64,000 nt of DNA from a virus. The notes under the pieces were generated by a model. The model was not told the origin of the DNA and did not search any database. It worked only from the letters and a program-made list of their open reading frames with translations. This document shows positions 19,594 to 29,967 of the stretch, piece after piece. Positions within the stretch are counted from its first letter, which is position 1. Each line of letters opens with the position of its first letter. Location of the stretch: the IMG/VR virus record IMGVR_UViG_3300037963_003785, positions 23,554 through 87,553 of that record, one strand, 5' to 3'. Both the position numbers and the translations under genes were made by a program.

Positions 19594-20158
19594 CTATAAA
19601 TAGACTATTTAGTTCTTTCTCGGTTTTTTTCAGTTCATCCGTCCACATCTTTTTAGCATCTTCACCCTTTTCTTTTAAAGCTGTCATATCTGCAGTCCAC
19701 TCTTCCTTATCCATAGTCTCTCCATCAGCTGCAGTTTGATTCCAAAATACAGGTAAAGGTGTATTGATAAACCCATCAATCTCTTCTAATGCATTCTTAA
19801 TAAAACTCACTTTATTTTTTAATACTTTTTGTTGTGCCCATTCCTCATAAGTACCTTCGATTCTTTTCTTATTTTCAATTTCTACCTGACAATTAAAACA
19901 ATGTCCCATCATTCTCCAAAACTTATCATCGAGTCTACTTTTCATGACTTTTTTACATTCAGGACAAAACCAAGGCATCCTAACCTTTTGCATTATTGAA
20001 GTCAATGGACTTTCTATATCACCTTGTTTTTGTTTCTTACCCTCGTATCCAACCATAACCGTTTTTTGAACTTCTTCACCTCGTAGGATTGAACGAACAG
20101 CTTTTAATTGTTTTGCCCTTTCCTTGATTGATACATTTTCCATTTTATTATCTGACAT
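19568..20158 (-). CDS. Zn-finger protein
   Basis: MPWFCPECKK...CFNC; SD AGGAG. Confidence 0.55.
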   Translation of the reverse strand: MSDNKMENVSIKERAKQLKAVRSILRGEEVQKTVMVGYEGKKQKQGDIESPLTSIMQKVRMPWFCPECKKVMKSRLDDKFWRMMGHCFNCQVEIENKKRIEGTYEEWAQQKVLKNKVSFIKNALEEIDGFINTPLPVFWNQTAADGETMDKEEWTADMTALKEKGEDAKKMWTDELKKTEKELNSLFIDGELHDKN

Positions 20159-20169
20159 AACCTTTACTC

Positions 20170-22602
20170 CTAAAACGTTAAAAGACCCATTATTTGATTT
20201 ACAGGTGCAAATGCACCAGTAAATTTATAAGTCTTTCCATTATATTTAAAAACTATTCCCTCTGATGGTACTATTGTTTTCAAACCACCAATTGAATTCA
20301 ATCTATCTAACTGAACTTTTAATGTGTTTAGTTTTTTGACATCTCCCTTTGACCTTAAAGTTTGTACTGCCTTCTGTACACCCTTTCTCATTTTTTGAAC
20401 CGAGTCATTAGGATTAGCAGCCATATACCCATCTACATTCTTAAGTATCTCAGCACCAACCTCAAAAAACAATATTTCAAATGGTCTCATGTTTTCTTTT
20501 ACTTGTTTTGAATGATTGTTTTTATCAAAACCCAAAGACCACTCTAAAAACTTTTCGTTCTTTATATCTTTTCTCATCATAGGTATTTTATAAGATTTAT
20601 CAAAAAACGCCCATCGTTTTGTTAAATTAATCAAAACTTTTCTTGGTATTTTATATTTGTATTTTTTTGAATTTAGTAATATAAAACTTTCCCAATACTT
20701 TTGATGATATAAACCAAGAGTATCATTATTATTCAATCCATACTTTTTCTGTAATTTACTTAGTCTACCTAAAAACTTTTTTTTCATTTTACCAAAATCT
20801 TGATGTTTAGGAACTTTTAAAAATACAGGAGAAGATATCTTAAACTTCTTTTGTATATTTTGATTACGTTGTTTTACCATACCAGCTAATATTCTACCAC
20901 TACCTGGTACTTCTCCTATTGGTGAACCAGATTCATCGTATATTAAAGCACCATGAAATACTATTTCTGCCTTATCGTAGTTAACAACGTTGGATGATTT
21001 TGGCCACATTACTTCGAGATTCATCCAATGTTGACCCTCGTTAAAAATTTTTGTTCTTTGTTTATCACTAAGTGATTGTAATGCCTTATCTAAATCTTTA
21101 GCAGCAAACTCAAAGGCATCTGATATATCACCTCGGCCAGCAAACTTGGATATTATACCACTAACGTTTAGTGCATTTTGACCAAAGTTTTTTACTTGTC
21201 CTTTATTTCTTGCAAATATTGTTTTTCCATCTTTAAAACTTACGAACAAATTCTGACCATCAAGTTTTTCTGTAACATTATCTTCACGACTTAGTTGTCC
21301 ACCTAATCCTAATTCTATAATCTTTTTTAAATCACCAAATGTTAAATCCTTATCATCAAATGGATGAGACATATGTCCGTATGCTCCACCCTCTACAAGA
21401 AGTGACTTTACGTCTCTAATATAAGAGTCTTGTAATTTATCAACTGTACTTCCCATGGCTTCATCACCAGGTGCCAAATCAAGATTTTTTAACCTTTGTG
21501 TATTTTGGTCACCTGTTTGTACACCAGGCAATGCAGGTGATTCTACAGGTACACCATTAACGTCTGTTGCACTATCATTTAAACCTAACCATTTTACTAT
21601 TTTAAAATCAAGAGTCTTTGTTACTTGTTCAAGCCATTTTTTATAAGCAGAAACAGGATCGGAACTTGGAAATCTTTCACCATAAGGCCCTGCACCTCTA
21701 CGTCCATACGCTACTGTGGGTACTTTCCCCATCCTCGTAGTATAATCAAGACCAGGATCGATTGCACTATCACTTAAAATGTAATGAACCAATTCCCATC
21801 CAAGTTCATTATACATCGAATCTATCCACAACTTAGATTGTTTTTGATAATCACGAAACCCATCATAAAATGTTGGTGGGCCATCATCAATTGGGAATGC
21901 AGAAGAATTTGATTCTAATATTTTTTCGATATTATGTTCAACAAGAAATTGTTCAAATACCTCATACAACTTTTTAAATTTATTATTCATCATATTAAAG
22001 ATACCTTTATCATAGTATCCAAATGCTTGTTTAAATAATTTAGGTCTTTCTTTATCATCTATTTTTGGTGAACCAAGTAAATCTCTCATCACAGTTCCAC
22101 TCACTTCTTTACCACCAACTTTTATAGATTGATGAGGTGCAACCATAAAGTATCCATGTTCTTCATACCCTTTTATATTATTCTTATTCTTCTTAAAGTC
22201 TTGGAAGTATGACAAACCACCACCCTTTTTCTTACCACCTGCTAATCTACCTGCATCTTTTGCACCAAATATATAAACCACTGCAGTAGTTTGTGGATTG
22301 TACTTTTTTAAAACATTTTCTGCTCTTAGTGGAACCTTTTCTTTTATAATTTTACTTTTAGGTATACCCATCTTTGTCATATGACGAACTTTTTCTTTAT
22401 AGTTCATAGGGTGTTTGGGTGGTCTTTTAATATCAGACGTAGTTATATACGCATCATCAACTTTTGTCTTTAACCATTCATATGTTTTTTTATGATGTGG
22501 GCCAAATGGTTGATATCTTCCACCATATATACCAACGACCTTTGTTATCTTTTTATTTTCATTAACTATCGAATCGACTAGCCATTTTGATAATTTATTC
22601 AT
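20170..22602 (-). CDS. Fusion of cytidylyltransferase-like domain, unknown module and RNA-ligase-like nucleotidyltransferase
   Basis: N-terminal GRYQPFGPHH..VSGTVMR; C-terminal EKLDG, EGIVF and YKF resembling ligase motifs I, IV and V. Confidence 0.6.
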   Translation of the reverse strand: MNKLSKWLVDSIVNENKKITKVVGIYGGRYQPFGPHHKKTYEWLKTKVDDAYITTSDIKRPPKHPMNYKEKVRHMTKMGIPKSKIIKEKVPLRAENVLKKYNPQTTAVVYIFGAKDAGRLAGGKKKGGGLSYFQDFKKNKNNIKGYEEHGYFMVAPHQSIKVGGKEVSGTVMRDLLGSPKIDDKERPKLFKQAFGYYDKGIFNMMNNKFKKLYEVFEQFLVEHNIEKILESNSSAFPIDDGPPTFYDGFRDYQKQSKLWIDSMYNELGWELVHYILSDSAIDPGLDYTTRMGKVPTVAYGRRGAGPYGERFPSSDPVSAYKKWLEQVTKTLDFKIVKWLGLNDSATDVNGVPVESPALPGVQTGDQNTQRLKNLDLAPGDEAMGSTVDKLQDSYIRDVKSLLVEGGAYGHMSHPFDDKDLTFGDLKKIIELGLGGQLSREDNVTEKLDGQNLFVSFKDGKTIFARNKGQVKNFGQNALNVSGIISKFAGRGDISDAFEFAAKDLDKALQSLSDKQRTKIFNEGQHWMNLEVMWPKSSNVVNYDKAEIVFHGALIYDESGSPIGEVPGSGRILAGMVKQRNQNIQKKFKISSPVFLKVPKHQDFGKMKKKFLGRLSKLQKKYGLNNNDTLGLYHQKYWESFILLNSKKYKYKIPRKVLINLTKRWAFFDKSYKIPMMRKDIKNEKFLEWSLGFDKNNHSKQVKENMRPFEILFFEVGAEILKNVDGYMAANPNDSVQKMRKGVQKAVQTLRSKGDVKKLNTLKVQLDRLNSIGGLKTIVPSEGIVFKYNGKTYKFTGAFAPVNQIMGLLTF

Positions 22603-22637
22603 GTATGTCCTAAATGTATTGACTCCTAAATAAATAT

Positions 22638-23285
22638 CTAATCAGTAAATATTTTCGATTTTGATAGGTCTGAATATGACTCTGAACCACCCATATCTTC
22701 GAAGTTTTTTGATTTTTTAAGTAAATCATCGAACAATAGTAGTCCTCTTGCAGCATCTTCAGGTGTCATGTACATATTCCAACCCCTTTGTGTAAACTCT
22801 TCATGTTTATCATATGGTAATCCATCTATTCTACCACAATATCTTGCTCTTCTAAACCATTCATAAGCATCTTTATTATCGGTCAATATCATCCCACCCT
22901 TTCCAATAGGTATTATTTTTCTTCTATGAAATGATATACATTGAAAACCAGAAGTGTACATATCTTTTTTAAATCTGACTGCACTATCTATAATATCCAA
23001 AGGACGTAAAAGATAATTACCACTCCACTCGAAGTCTTCAAACTCTACCTTATAACCAGCATTTAATATAGTGTTTGGAACTGAAACATAAGTCCTATTT
23101 GGAATCGTTATTGTCTGTGGTTTATCAATATACTTTAAACAAAGGAATAATGCATTAGTACAATTATCTACAGATACTGCATATGGTGAACCACAAAAGT
23201 TTGCTATCTTCTGTTCGAACAAATCAATTATATCCCATGCATTATCAACATCAAAATTATCTAACTCAGTTCTTCCAAAATTCAT
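22638..23285 (-). CDS. DegT/DnrJ-family PLP sugar aminotransferase, short form
   Basis: AVSVDNCTNAL, TYVSV, IIDSA, SFHRRK (PLP Lys), GKGGMILTD; only 215 aa. Confidence 0.85.
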   Translation of the reverse strand: MNFGRTELDNFDVDNAWDIIDLFEQKIANFCGSPYAVSVDNCTNALFLCLKYIDKPQTITIPNRTYVSVPNTILNAGYKVEFEDFEWSGNYLLRPLDIIDSAVRFKKDMYTSGFQCISFHRRKIIPIGKGGMILTDNKDAYEWFRRARYCGRIDGLPYDKHEEFTQRGWNMYMTPEDAARGLLLFDDLLKKSKNFEDMGGSESYSDLSKSKIFTD

Positions 23286-24237
23286 ACAATCCCCTTTCTA
23301 CTTCATAATCAAAATTGATTACTTCTCTTTCAGGTTGATTTTTTGCCCACTCCCACATTTTAGTCAAACCATCTTTTATATCTGTTTTATGACTAAAATC
23401 TAATAATTCGACACTCTTATCATAAGTTGAAAATGCCTGATGAACTTCGTGTCTTTTTTCTAAAAATTCTATAGGTTCACCAAAACCAACAATGTCTTTT
23501 AATATATTAGCAGCAGCGACTAAACTAATTGGATAAATACCACCTAAGTTTATAATATGTCCATTAGTCCTTGAATCAATACTATTCAATAATGGTTGTA
23601 ATATATCATCAATATAAGTAAAAGCCCTACGTTGTAATCCATCACCAAAAACAGTTATTGGTTCGTTATTCAACAACTTTCTCATCCATATTCCCAATAC
23701 ATTTCTATACCTATCCCATATGTTTTGTTGTATACCATAAACATTATGAGGTCTGATAATACAATAGTCAATATTGAATTGTTCTTTCATACACCTCAAA
23801 TCTATTTCTGTACTTAATTTACTTACACCATAAGGGTCAATTGGGTTCGGAATATCATTCTCATCGAACGGAGCTTTACCTCTACCATAAACTGCCATCG
23901 ATGACGTGAATATAACTTTCTTTACTGAATTATTTATAGCAAAGTTAATTACTTGATTTGAAGTTTCAACATTATTTTTAGTAACATAGTTTCTGATAAA
24001 AGGTGACAATCCCTCTGCAGCAAATGCTGCAAAATGAAAAATATAATCAATCTTTTCCTCTATGTTTATTGGTTCTTTTAAATCAATATTATATAACTTA
24101 ACACGATTGTCTACAAAATCTCTATACCCACCACTAAAGTCATCTATACCAATAACATTATACTCTGTATTATCCAATAAAAATTTAGAAAAATTAGAAC
24201 CTAATAGTCCACCAACTCCTGTTATTAATATATTCAT
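23266..24237 (-). CDS. NAD-dependent sugar epimerase/dehydratase
   Basis: GVGGLLGS, TSSMAVYG, PYGVSK, RPHNVYG. Confidence 0.9.
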   Translation of the reverse strand: MNILITGVGGLLGSNFSKFLLDNTEYNVIGIDDFSGGYRDFVDNRVKLYNIDLKEPINIEEKIDYIFHFAAFAAEGLSPFIRNYVTKNNVETSNQVINFAINNSVKKVIFTSSMAVYGRGKAPFDENDIPNPIDPYGVSKLSTEIDLRCMKEQFNIDYCIIRPHNVYGIQQNIWDRYRNVLGIWMRKLLNNEPITVFGDGLQRRAFTYIDDILQPLLNSIDSRTNGHIINLGGIYPISLVAAANILKDIVGFGEPIEFLEKRHEVHQAFSTYDKSVELLDFSHKTDIKDGLTKMWEWAKNQPEREVINFDYEVERGLYEFWKN

Positions 24238-24887
24238 ACTCTCTGGTAGTATTCTCCAAGTAACATTCTCACTCCAACAGTTACACTAACTTTATTTTCT
24301 CTCAACACAACCTTTTCATGTTTTAAATAATTTTCGTATGTCATGGCTCTAAAATCAACACTAACCCTTGTATATCCTTCTTTGTTTTTTTTATTACCAT
24401 GTTTACAATTTGCACCATCCCATACCACATACTCACCATATTCAGCTTCCATTGGTTTGAAATCTTTTTTATTTGGTTCACTCTCAACCCACACAGCATT
24501 TGTATTTTCTGAACGTGTCATTGGTAGGAAAAAATTAATCTCATCGGATGAGTGTGAATAATCTTTATCTCTATGCCAATGTGCTACAGATAAATTGTTT
24601 GGGTGTTGAACCCTAAAAGTAGGAACCCTTTGATAGACAAACGATTCTCCATTAAAAAACTTAGGAACTTCCGTACGAACAAAATTTTCAAAGCAGTGAA
24701 AAAAATCAGAATTTTCTATATCTTCATAAAACCTATTATGCCATTTTGTATATTGTTCTGTTTTTATAGTGTGTTCTTTTTCGGAATCTTCAACTCCTTG
24801 ATATAACATTTCAAGTGGATATGCAAATCTCCTTACTAAACAATTTTTAAAATCATACTTTTCAATATCATACGTATAACTTTTCAT
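24234..24887 (-). CDS. 2OG-Fe(II) dioxygenase, StrG-like
   Basis: YQRVPTFRV, WHRD, NFFLP.T, HGN..N....RVSVDFR. Confidence 0.7.
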   Translation of the reverse strand: MKSYTYDIEKYDFKNCLVRRFAYPLEMLYQGVEDSEKEHTIKTEQYTKWHNRFYEDIENSDFFHCFENFVRTEVPKFFNGESFVYQRVPTFRVQHPNNLSVAHWHRDKDYSHSSDEINFFLPMTRSENTNAVWVESEPNKKDFKPMEAEYGEYVVWDGANCKHGNKKNKEGYTRVSVDFRAMTYENYLKHEKVVLRENKVSVTVGVRMLLGEYYQRV

Positions 24888-25743
24888 AAATCTTTCCTAA
24901 CCTAATATCTTCTTTCAAATTTATATTATGTTTATTTTTTTCAATTGAATAACTACCCTGCGATGTATCATATAAAAAATCCATCCACCCTTTTATAGCA
25001 TCACTTGACCATAGATGATGAAAACTTCTCATTTCTTTTTGGTCATCAAACGGAACCCTATCTCTAATTTGAGACTTTCTCTGAACCATTTTATTTGTTC
25101 GAGGACTAAAACCATACCACAACATATAAATATCACTTTCATCGTTCAAAACATTATTTAAATGATTATGATGTCTGCCAGGTTCATATTGACCATAGGA
25201 TGATTTATGTACAAGTCTACGTCCTCTCCATGGATAACTATCTGGTAATAAATTTTGATTTGGATTGTTTCCATCCTCATATACAGCACTTGTACTTAAA
25301 TCATCTTCATAAAATCCATGATGTTTTTGTACAGGCAATGGAATATTGTGGTCTAACTCTTCATCATAATTATCGCTTGGGTCTACCATTGATATCGGTA
25401 TTAGTCCAAAACCATTATAGTCCGTCTTATCAAAGTCCTCAACGTATTGGTGAAAGTCCTCATGGAATAAAAATTCAGTAGTATTTAATATACACTTGTA
25501 ACCATCAACTCTTTCTTCAATATGTTTAAAATTTTCTTCGTTATTCATAACGGAAAAATCATGAGGATTTGTTGGTGTTACAACTTCCCAAGTTGGACAT
25601 ATGTCTTTTATTATTTCTACCGACCTATCTGTACTTTGATAGTCCATTATTATGCCATGGTCAAACAAATCCTTGTGATGATTTAACCACCAAGGCAATA
25701 AATACTCTTCATTCCATACGTTACTTATAATTGTTTTATACAT
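24868..25743 (-). CDS. Glycosyltransferase, GT-A/GT2-like
   Basis: WNEEYLLPWWLNHH..FDHGIIMDYQSTDRS. Confidence 0.75.
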   Translation of the reverse strand: MYKTIISNVWNEEYLLPWWLNHHKDLFDHGIIMDYQSTDRSVEIIKDICPTWEVVTPTNPHDFSVMNNEENFKHIEERVDGYKCILNTTEFLFHEDFHQYVEDFDKTDYNGFGLIPISMVDPSDNYDEELDHNIPLPVQKHHGFYEDDLSTSAVYEDGNNPNQNLLPDSYPWRGRRLVHKSSYGQYEPGRHHNHLNNVLNDESDIYMLWYGFSPRTNKMVQRKSQIRDRVPFDDQKEMRSFHHLWSSDAIKGWMDFLYDTSQGSYSIEKNKHNINLKEDIRLGKIYEKLYV

Positions 25744-26909
25744 TCTTCTACTGGCCTATCGTTTTCAAAAAAATGATTTTGATTGTGTATTACTTTTTCT
25801 TCTACACTTTTAAATAAATCATGTTTTTGTTTAGAATCTAATTTACAAACACGTTCGACTTCTGATACGATGAACTTATCTCTTTGCTTACCATGATATT
25901 CATCATAGGATTCATCGAATATTTCAGGAAATGTTTCAAATCCCCATTCTCTTAATATCTTAAGAGTACCTGGATTACCACTTATTATAAACGGATGACC
26001 AGTATGTATTGGTCTCCAAGTTTTTTCAGTTATAAAAAGATTATGGGTTTTTATATTATGAAGTGAATCATTATAGAACGTGTTATTTTCATTACCACCC
26101 TCACTAACAACTGAAAAGTAAGAATCGTAATGAAACTTATTTAACCTATCAACCGATGGAGCCGAAGTGTAGTTTATTCCCATACCATCTAAACTGATAT
26201 TTTTATGTAAATAACTTAAATAACAATTCATGTCTTTAAAATTATCGTAAAATAAATCTCTATTCTGTTTACTAATACCATTTAGGCTTAAAAAATCTTT
26301 ACTTGGTTTCCTTGTACTCAGAGATTCAAATTCAAATTGTTCTCGACCAATAACTTTAAATCTTTCGTAATTTTTGGGTGCCCAATCATAGTCTGGTCTT
26401 CCATTTTCAAATTCAAAAACTATGTCGTTTTTAGTAGCAGAATACCAAAAGTTCCAAGATACGACATTGAACTTATATGGATAATCCTTACCACTAAACC
26501 ATTCATCATATCTTTGTTTTAAATTATTATCACCATTTAAAAAATAAGTTGATTCATATTGTTCTTTAGAATAATTTTTTTCTTGATAATATTTATGTAA
26601 ACAATTAATTGAATCATTAGGTGACCTTTTTACTTTTTCAAACATAGAATGACCCTCATAAGAATACATGAATATTACTTTCTTTTCAGGAGTCCAAAAC
26701 TTATCAAAACATCTATCTATAGATTTCCAATTAAAAAACATACCCCCATGAAATGCCCAACAAAAATTATTCCTAAGTCTTGCATCCATGTCACGTGGAA
26801 ACAACTCATCATGTTGATAATAATGTTCGTCTAAAGATTCAAAGACCATATCCAATAAATCTTTTTTTGAATATTCCCTAAGTCTTCTGAATGGTTTTTC
26901 TTTTTGCAT
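25725..26909 (-). CDS. Putative glycosyltransferase, 'TEK' family paralog 1
   Basis: SVVSE..FITEKTWRPI..HPFI..G..GTLK.L...GFETF...FDESYD. Confidence 0.55.
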   Translation of the reverse strand: MQKEKPFRRLREYSKKDLLDMVFESLDEHYYQHDELFPRDMDARLRNNFCWAFHGGMFFNWKSIDRCFDKFWTPEKKVIFMYSYEGHSMFEKVKRSPNDSINCLHKYYQEKNYSKEQYESTYFLNGDNNLKQRYDEWFSGKDYPYKFNVVSWNFWYSATKNDIVFEFENGRPDYDWAPKNYERFKVIGREQFEFESLSTRKPSKDFLSLNGISKQNRDLFYDNFKDMNCYLSYLHKNISLDGMGINYTSAPSVDRLNKFHYDSYFSVVSEGGNENNTFYNDSLHNIKTHNLFITEKTWRPIHTGHPFIISGNPGTLKILREWGFETFPEIFDESYDEYHGKQRDKFIVSEVERVCKLDSKQKHDLFKSVEEKVIHNQNHFFENDRPVEECIKQL

Positions 26910-27465
26910 TCTCCCCTCTAATGTAATCTATATTATTTTTGACATACATCACCAAAAGATTTCTTCTCCAATCCAATGATGTGTTTTTATCTGACCAATG
27001 TATTAGATGATTATGTAATATGGTAATATCACCCTTATCACAATTTAAAGAAACACCATCTGAATGAAATGGTGGATTGTGACTTTCAGGTAAAACTTTT
27101 ATACATCCATTCAATTCATTTGTTTTTTCAAAGTGAACTAAAACATTGATTGTATTTCCATGACCAGCTCTTGTCCAAAAATCATCTTGATGATATGGAA
27201 ACCCATTTCCCTCTGGTGGTTTAAATCTCCATTGAGTTTGTACGGGTTCGTTTTTACCTAAAATTTTTGTAACCAATTCATTAAGTCTTTCATCAAAAAT
27301 TATTTCTTTAATTGATGGAGCCTTTTCATGTACTTGTAAAATATTAGAATCAGAGTCCGTATGTTCAAATAACGGATTTGTTTCCTTTATTATTTTGTTG
27401 ATTAAATCAACATCAAAAAAATTATGTATTGTATGAAAACCTAATTTATTAAATTCATCTAACAT
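26878..27465 (-). CDS. PhyH-family 2OG-Fe(II) dioxygenase
   Basis: FKPP, HQD, NGCIKVLPESH, H.S..N...R. Confidence 0.85.
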   Translation of the reverse strand: MLDEFNKLGFHTIHNFFDVDLINKIIKETNPLFEHTDSDSNILQVHEKAPSIKEIIFDERLNELVTKILGKNEPVQTQWRFKPPEGNGFPYHQDDFWTRAGHGNTINVLVHFEKTNELNGCIKVLPESHNPPFHSDGVSLNCDKGDITILHNHLIHWSDKNTSLDWRRNLLVMYVKNNIDYIRGENAKRKTIQKT

Positions 27466-28361
27466 AATTGTTCCTTATACCATTCTATAGTTTTACGTAA
27501 ACCATCTTTGATACTTGTTTTTGCTTCCCACCCTATTTCCTCTTTTATCTTTGAAACATCTAACAATCTTATTGGTATCATTGATGGTTTTGTTTCATCA
27601 TAAACAGGTGTAACTAAATGATTTTCTATGGTCTGACAATGATGTAATATTTCATTTACAGTTGTACCTTTACCACTACCGACATTGTATATTGTATATT
27701 CATCAACCTTATTCATAACTTCAACACAAGAGTCAACAAAGTCATCTATGTAAATAAAATCTCTTACATCCTCTCCATCACCCCACACTACAAGTGGTTT
27801 TTCTCTATTAACAACTTTCATAATTGTAGCAGGTAAGACGTGTGACCTTTCATCGTATTTATCACCAGGCCCATAAATATTAGCTGGTCTGAGAACTATA
27901 CATTGCATAGTTGGATTCAAAAAAGTAGAATACATTTCACATAGGTGTTCAGTATATCTTTTCATCCACCCTACTGCATAATAAGATTTATATATATCAC
28001 CAAAAGTAAATTCATCTTCCTTGTTTGGTTTTTCAGCTGTATATGAATACACCACACTACTTGACATAAAAATAAACTTCTTAACTTTATTCACATAACA
28101 AGCTTCCATTAAATTTGCGTTCATTATAACATTAGGTGTGACGTGAGATAAAGGTGAATTTTGCATAACATGAGCACCTGAAGTATTTGCAGCACAATGA
28201 AATACAACATCAACACCTTTTGTTACTTCTAAACAATAATCACTATCTCTTAGGTCACCATCTTTTGTAGATGTACCTATAGCATCATAACCATCTTTTA
28301 ATAATCTATCTAATAAATTACTACCTATTAAACCACTTTTACCTGTAACTAATATTTTCAT
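27459..28361 (-). CDS. GDP-fucose-synthase-like SDR (epimerase/reductase)
   Basis: GKSGLIGS, GWMKR, RPANIYGPGD, SHVLPA, VWGDG..RDFIY. Confidence 0.85.
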   Translation of the reverse strand: MKILVTGKSGLIGSNLLDRLLKDGYDAIGTSTKDGDLRDSDYCLEVTKGVDVVFHCAANTSGAHVMQNSPLSHVTPNVIMNANLMEACYVNKVKKFIFMSSSVVYSYTAEKPNKEDEFTFGDIYKSYYAVGWMKRYTEHLCEMYSTFLNPTMQCIVLRPANIYGPGDKYDERSHVLPATIMKVVNREKPLVVWGDGEDVRDFIYIDDFVDSCVEVMNKVDEYTIYNVGSGKGTTVNEILHHCQTIENHLVTPVYDETKPSMIPIRLLDVSKIKEEIGWEAKTSIKDGLRKTIEWYKEQLC

Positions 28362-28379
28362 ATTCTTTCCTCTTTAAAT

Positions 28380-29057
28380 TTACCAACCACCAGGCCAATG
28401 ACCTTCATGTTTTCTTTCTTTTACTTCTACATCTTTTTTCCACCATTCTCCAATATCATGGTCAAAGTAACCAATTAAATCATAGATTACTTTTTCAGCT
28501 GGAAAAGCAGTCAATGATTCTGGTGAATAATCTAACGTTTGTAATTCTTCTACATGATTTGGTATAGGAACTTTTTTAATGTGTTCTGAATTACAATACC
28601 ACATATTAGCTTGAAAGTTTCCAAATTCACCGTGCATATTCATCCCAACCATATCAGAATCATTTAGTAATTCTAAACATTTTTTATGATTAGAAACTAA
28701 AGTACTTGAGATTATTTTTCTAATCGTATGTAAATCACCATCTCCTTGAACGACCCCAAAATTATTGAAATATAATATTTTTGTGTTTGGTTTATCTTTG
28801 TAATAATTTTTTATATATTTTATTGGTTCTATTTCACACCAAGGCCATCCTTGTTTTTTATCTAATTGATGTACATGAACTTCATCTTTTATTTTTAGGT
28901 ATCGTGGTTCACCACTAATTGTAACATGAATATTATCGGTAAGGTCTTCTACCAATTCAAACAATTCTTCAAATATGGATTGTAAAAAGCCTTTGGCTCT
29001 GTATTCCTTTTCTACATCAGAAAGTAAACAATTGTTATGAATCCATACATCAAACAT
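28380..29057 (-). CDS. Hypothetical protein, divergent relative of HTKG family
   Basis: KILYFNNFGV and FQANMWY align by eye with YxHTKGV and (G/N)xFxW of the 33648 and 45789 ORFs. Confidence 0.4.
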   Translation of the reverse strand: MFDVWIHNNCLLSDVEKEYRAKGFLQSIFEELFELVEDLTDNIHVTISGEPRYLKIKDEVHVHQLDKKQGWPWCEIEPIKYIKNYYKDKPNTKILYFNNFGVVQGDGDLHTIRKIISSTLVSNHKKCLELLNDSDMVGMNMHGEFGNFQANMWYCNSEHIKKVPIPNHVEELQTLDYSPESLTAFPAEKVIYDLIGYFDHDIGEWWKKDVEVKERKHEGHWPGGW

Positions 29058-29967
29058 CTATCAAATCTCTTATACTACTTTTGTGATATCCGAACTTTCC
29101 ACCTGGTCTAAATTCAGCACCCATTCTACCTTTACCTCTATACAATGGTCTACCATCGAGAACTTTCCATTCATAATCTTCTACAGGTATAATTCTAACA
29201 TCTAAAGATATCCTTGTTGTGTAATCATCATCATGTTGTCTTGACTCGCCAGTATGTATACATCTTGAATCAAATACAAATAATTCATCATTTGTAATTT
29301 TTAATTCATCAGATTCTAAAAAACCATAGTCATTAAATATACTATTTGCACTCCAAGACATTTCTATAAATTTATCAAAATTAAATCCATAAGCAGAATA
29401 CCATCTCAAGGATTTATCTATACCCATAATTCGTAATCCACTTCTTTTGTTTTTAGTCAAAGACCACCACAAATTTATCTCTCGTGGTGAGTGTCCATAT
29501 TGTACATCAGAATGATATCTTGGGTAATGTGTTGCACCATACTCATCCGCATCAGGAAAATGAAATCTAAATGTAGGTGTTTCTTGAAAATAAAAATCAA
29601 ATCTGAAAACATCTTCATACAAATGTTTTAACCACTCATGATATAGATTTATAAATTTATCATCGGTCTCATAAAACAATCTACCTACTTCAGATATGCC
29701 ATGGTCTATATCGTAGTTTATTAATTCTTGGTCTAACTTAGAATGTAAATTCTCCAAGTCTTCAGATTTATCATATGATATCAATTCTTTATCATCTAAC
29801 ATCCTACGGACTTCATCTCTGTATTTGATAGACCATTCTTTGTTATCTATCTTTATTTGGTCATCACCGAAATTTTCTATCATAGAACCAAATCTACGAT
29901 ATTCTTTTTCATAGTGTTTTTGTATATTATTTTGATGTATTGCTTTTACTTCTTGAACTGTTTTCAT
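29050..29967 (-). CDS. 2OG-Fe(II) dioxygenase, StrG-like paralog 2
   Basis: FQETPTFRF, YHSD, EINLWW.LT, CIHT, TRISLDVR. Confidence 0.65.
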   Translation of the reverse strand: MKTVQEVKAIHQNNIQKHYEKEYRRFGSMIENFGDDQIKIDNKEWSIKYRDEVRRMLDDKELISYDKSEDLENLHSKLDQELINYDIDHGISEVGRLFYETDDKFINLYHEWLKHLYEDVFRFDFYFQETPTFRFHFPDADEYGATHYPRYHSDVQYGHSPREINLWWSLTKNKRSGLRIMGIDKSLRWYSAYGFNFDKFIEMSWSANSIFNDYGFLESDELKITNDELFVFDSRCIHTGESRQHDDDYTTRISLDVRIIPVEDYEWKVLDGRPLYRGKGRMGAEFRPGGKFGYHKSSIRDLIDV

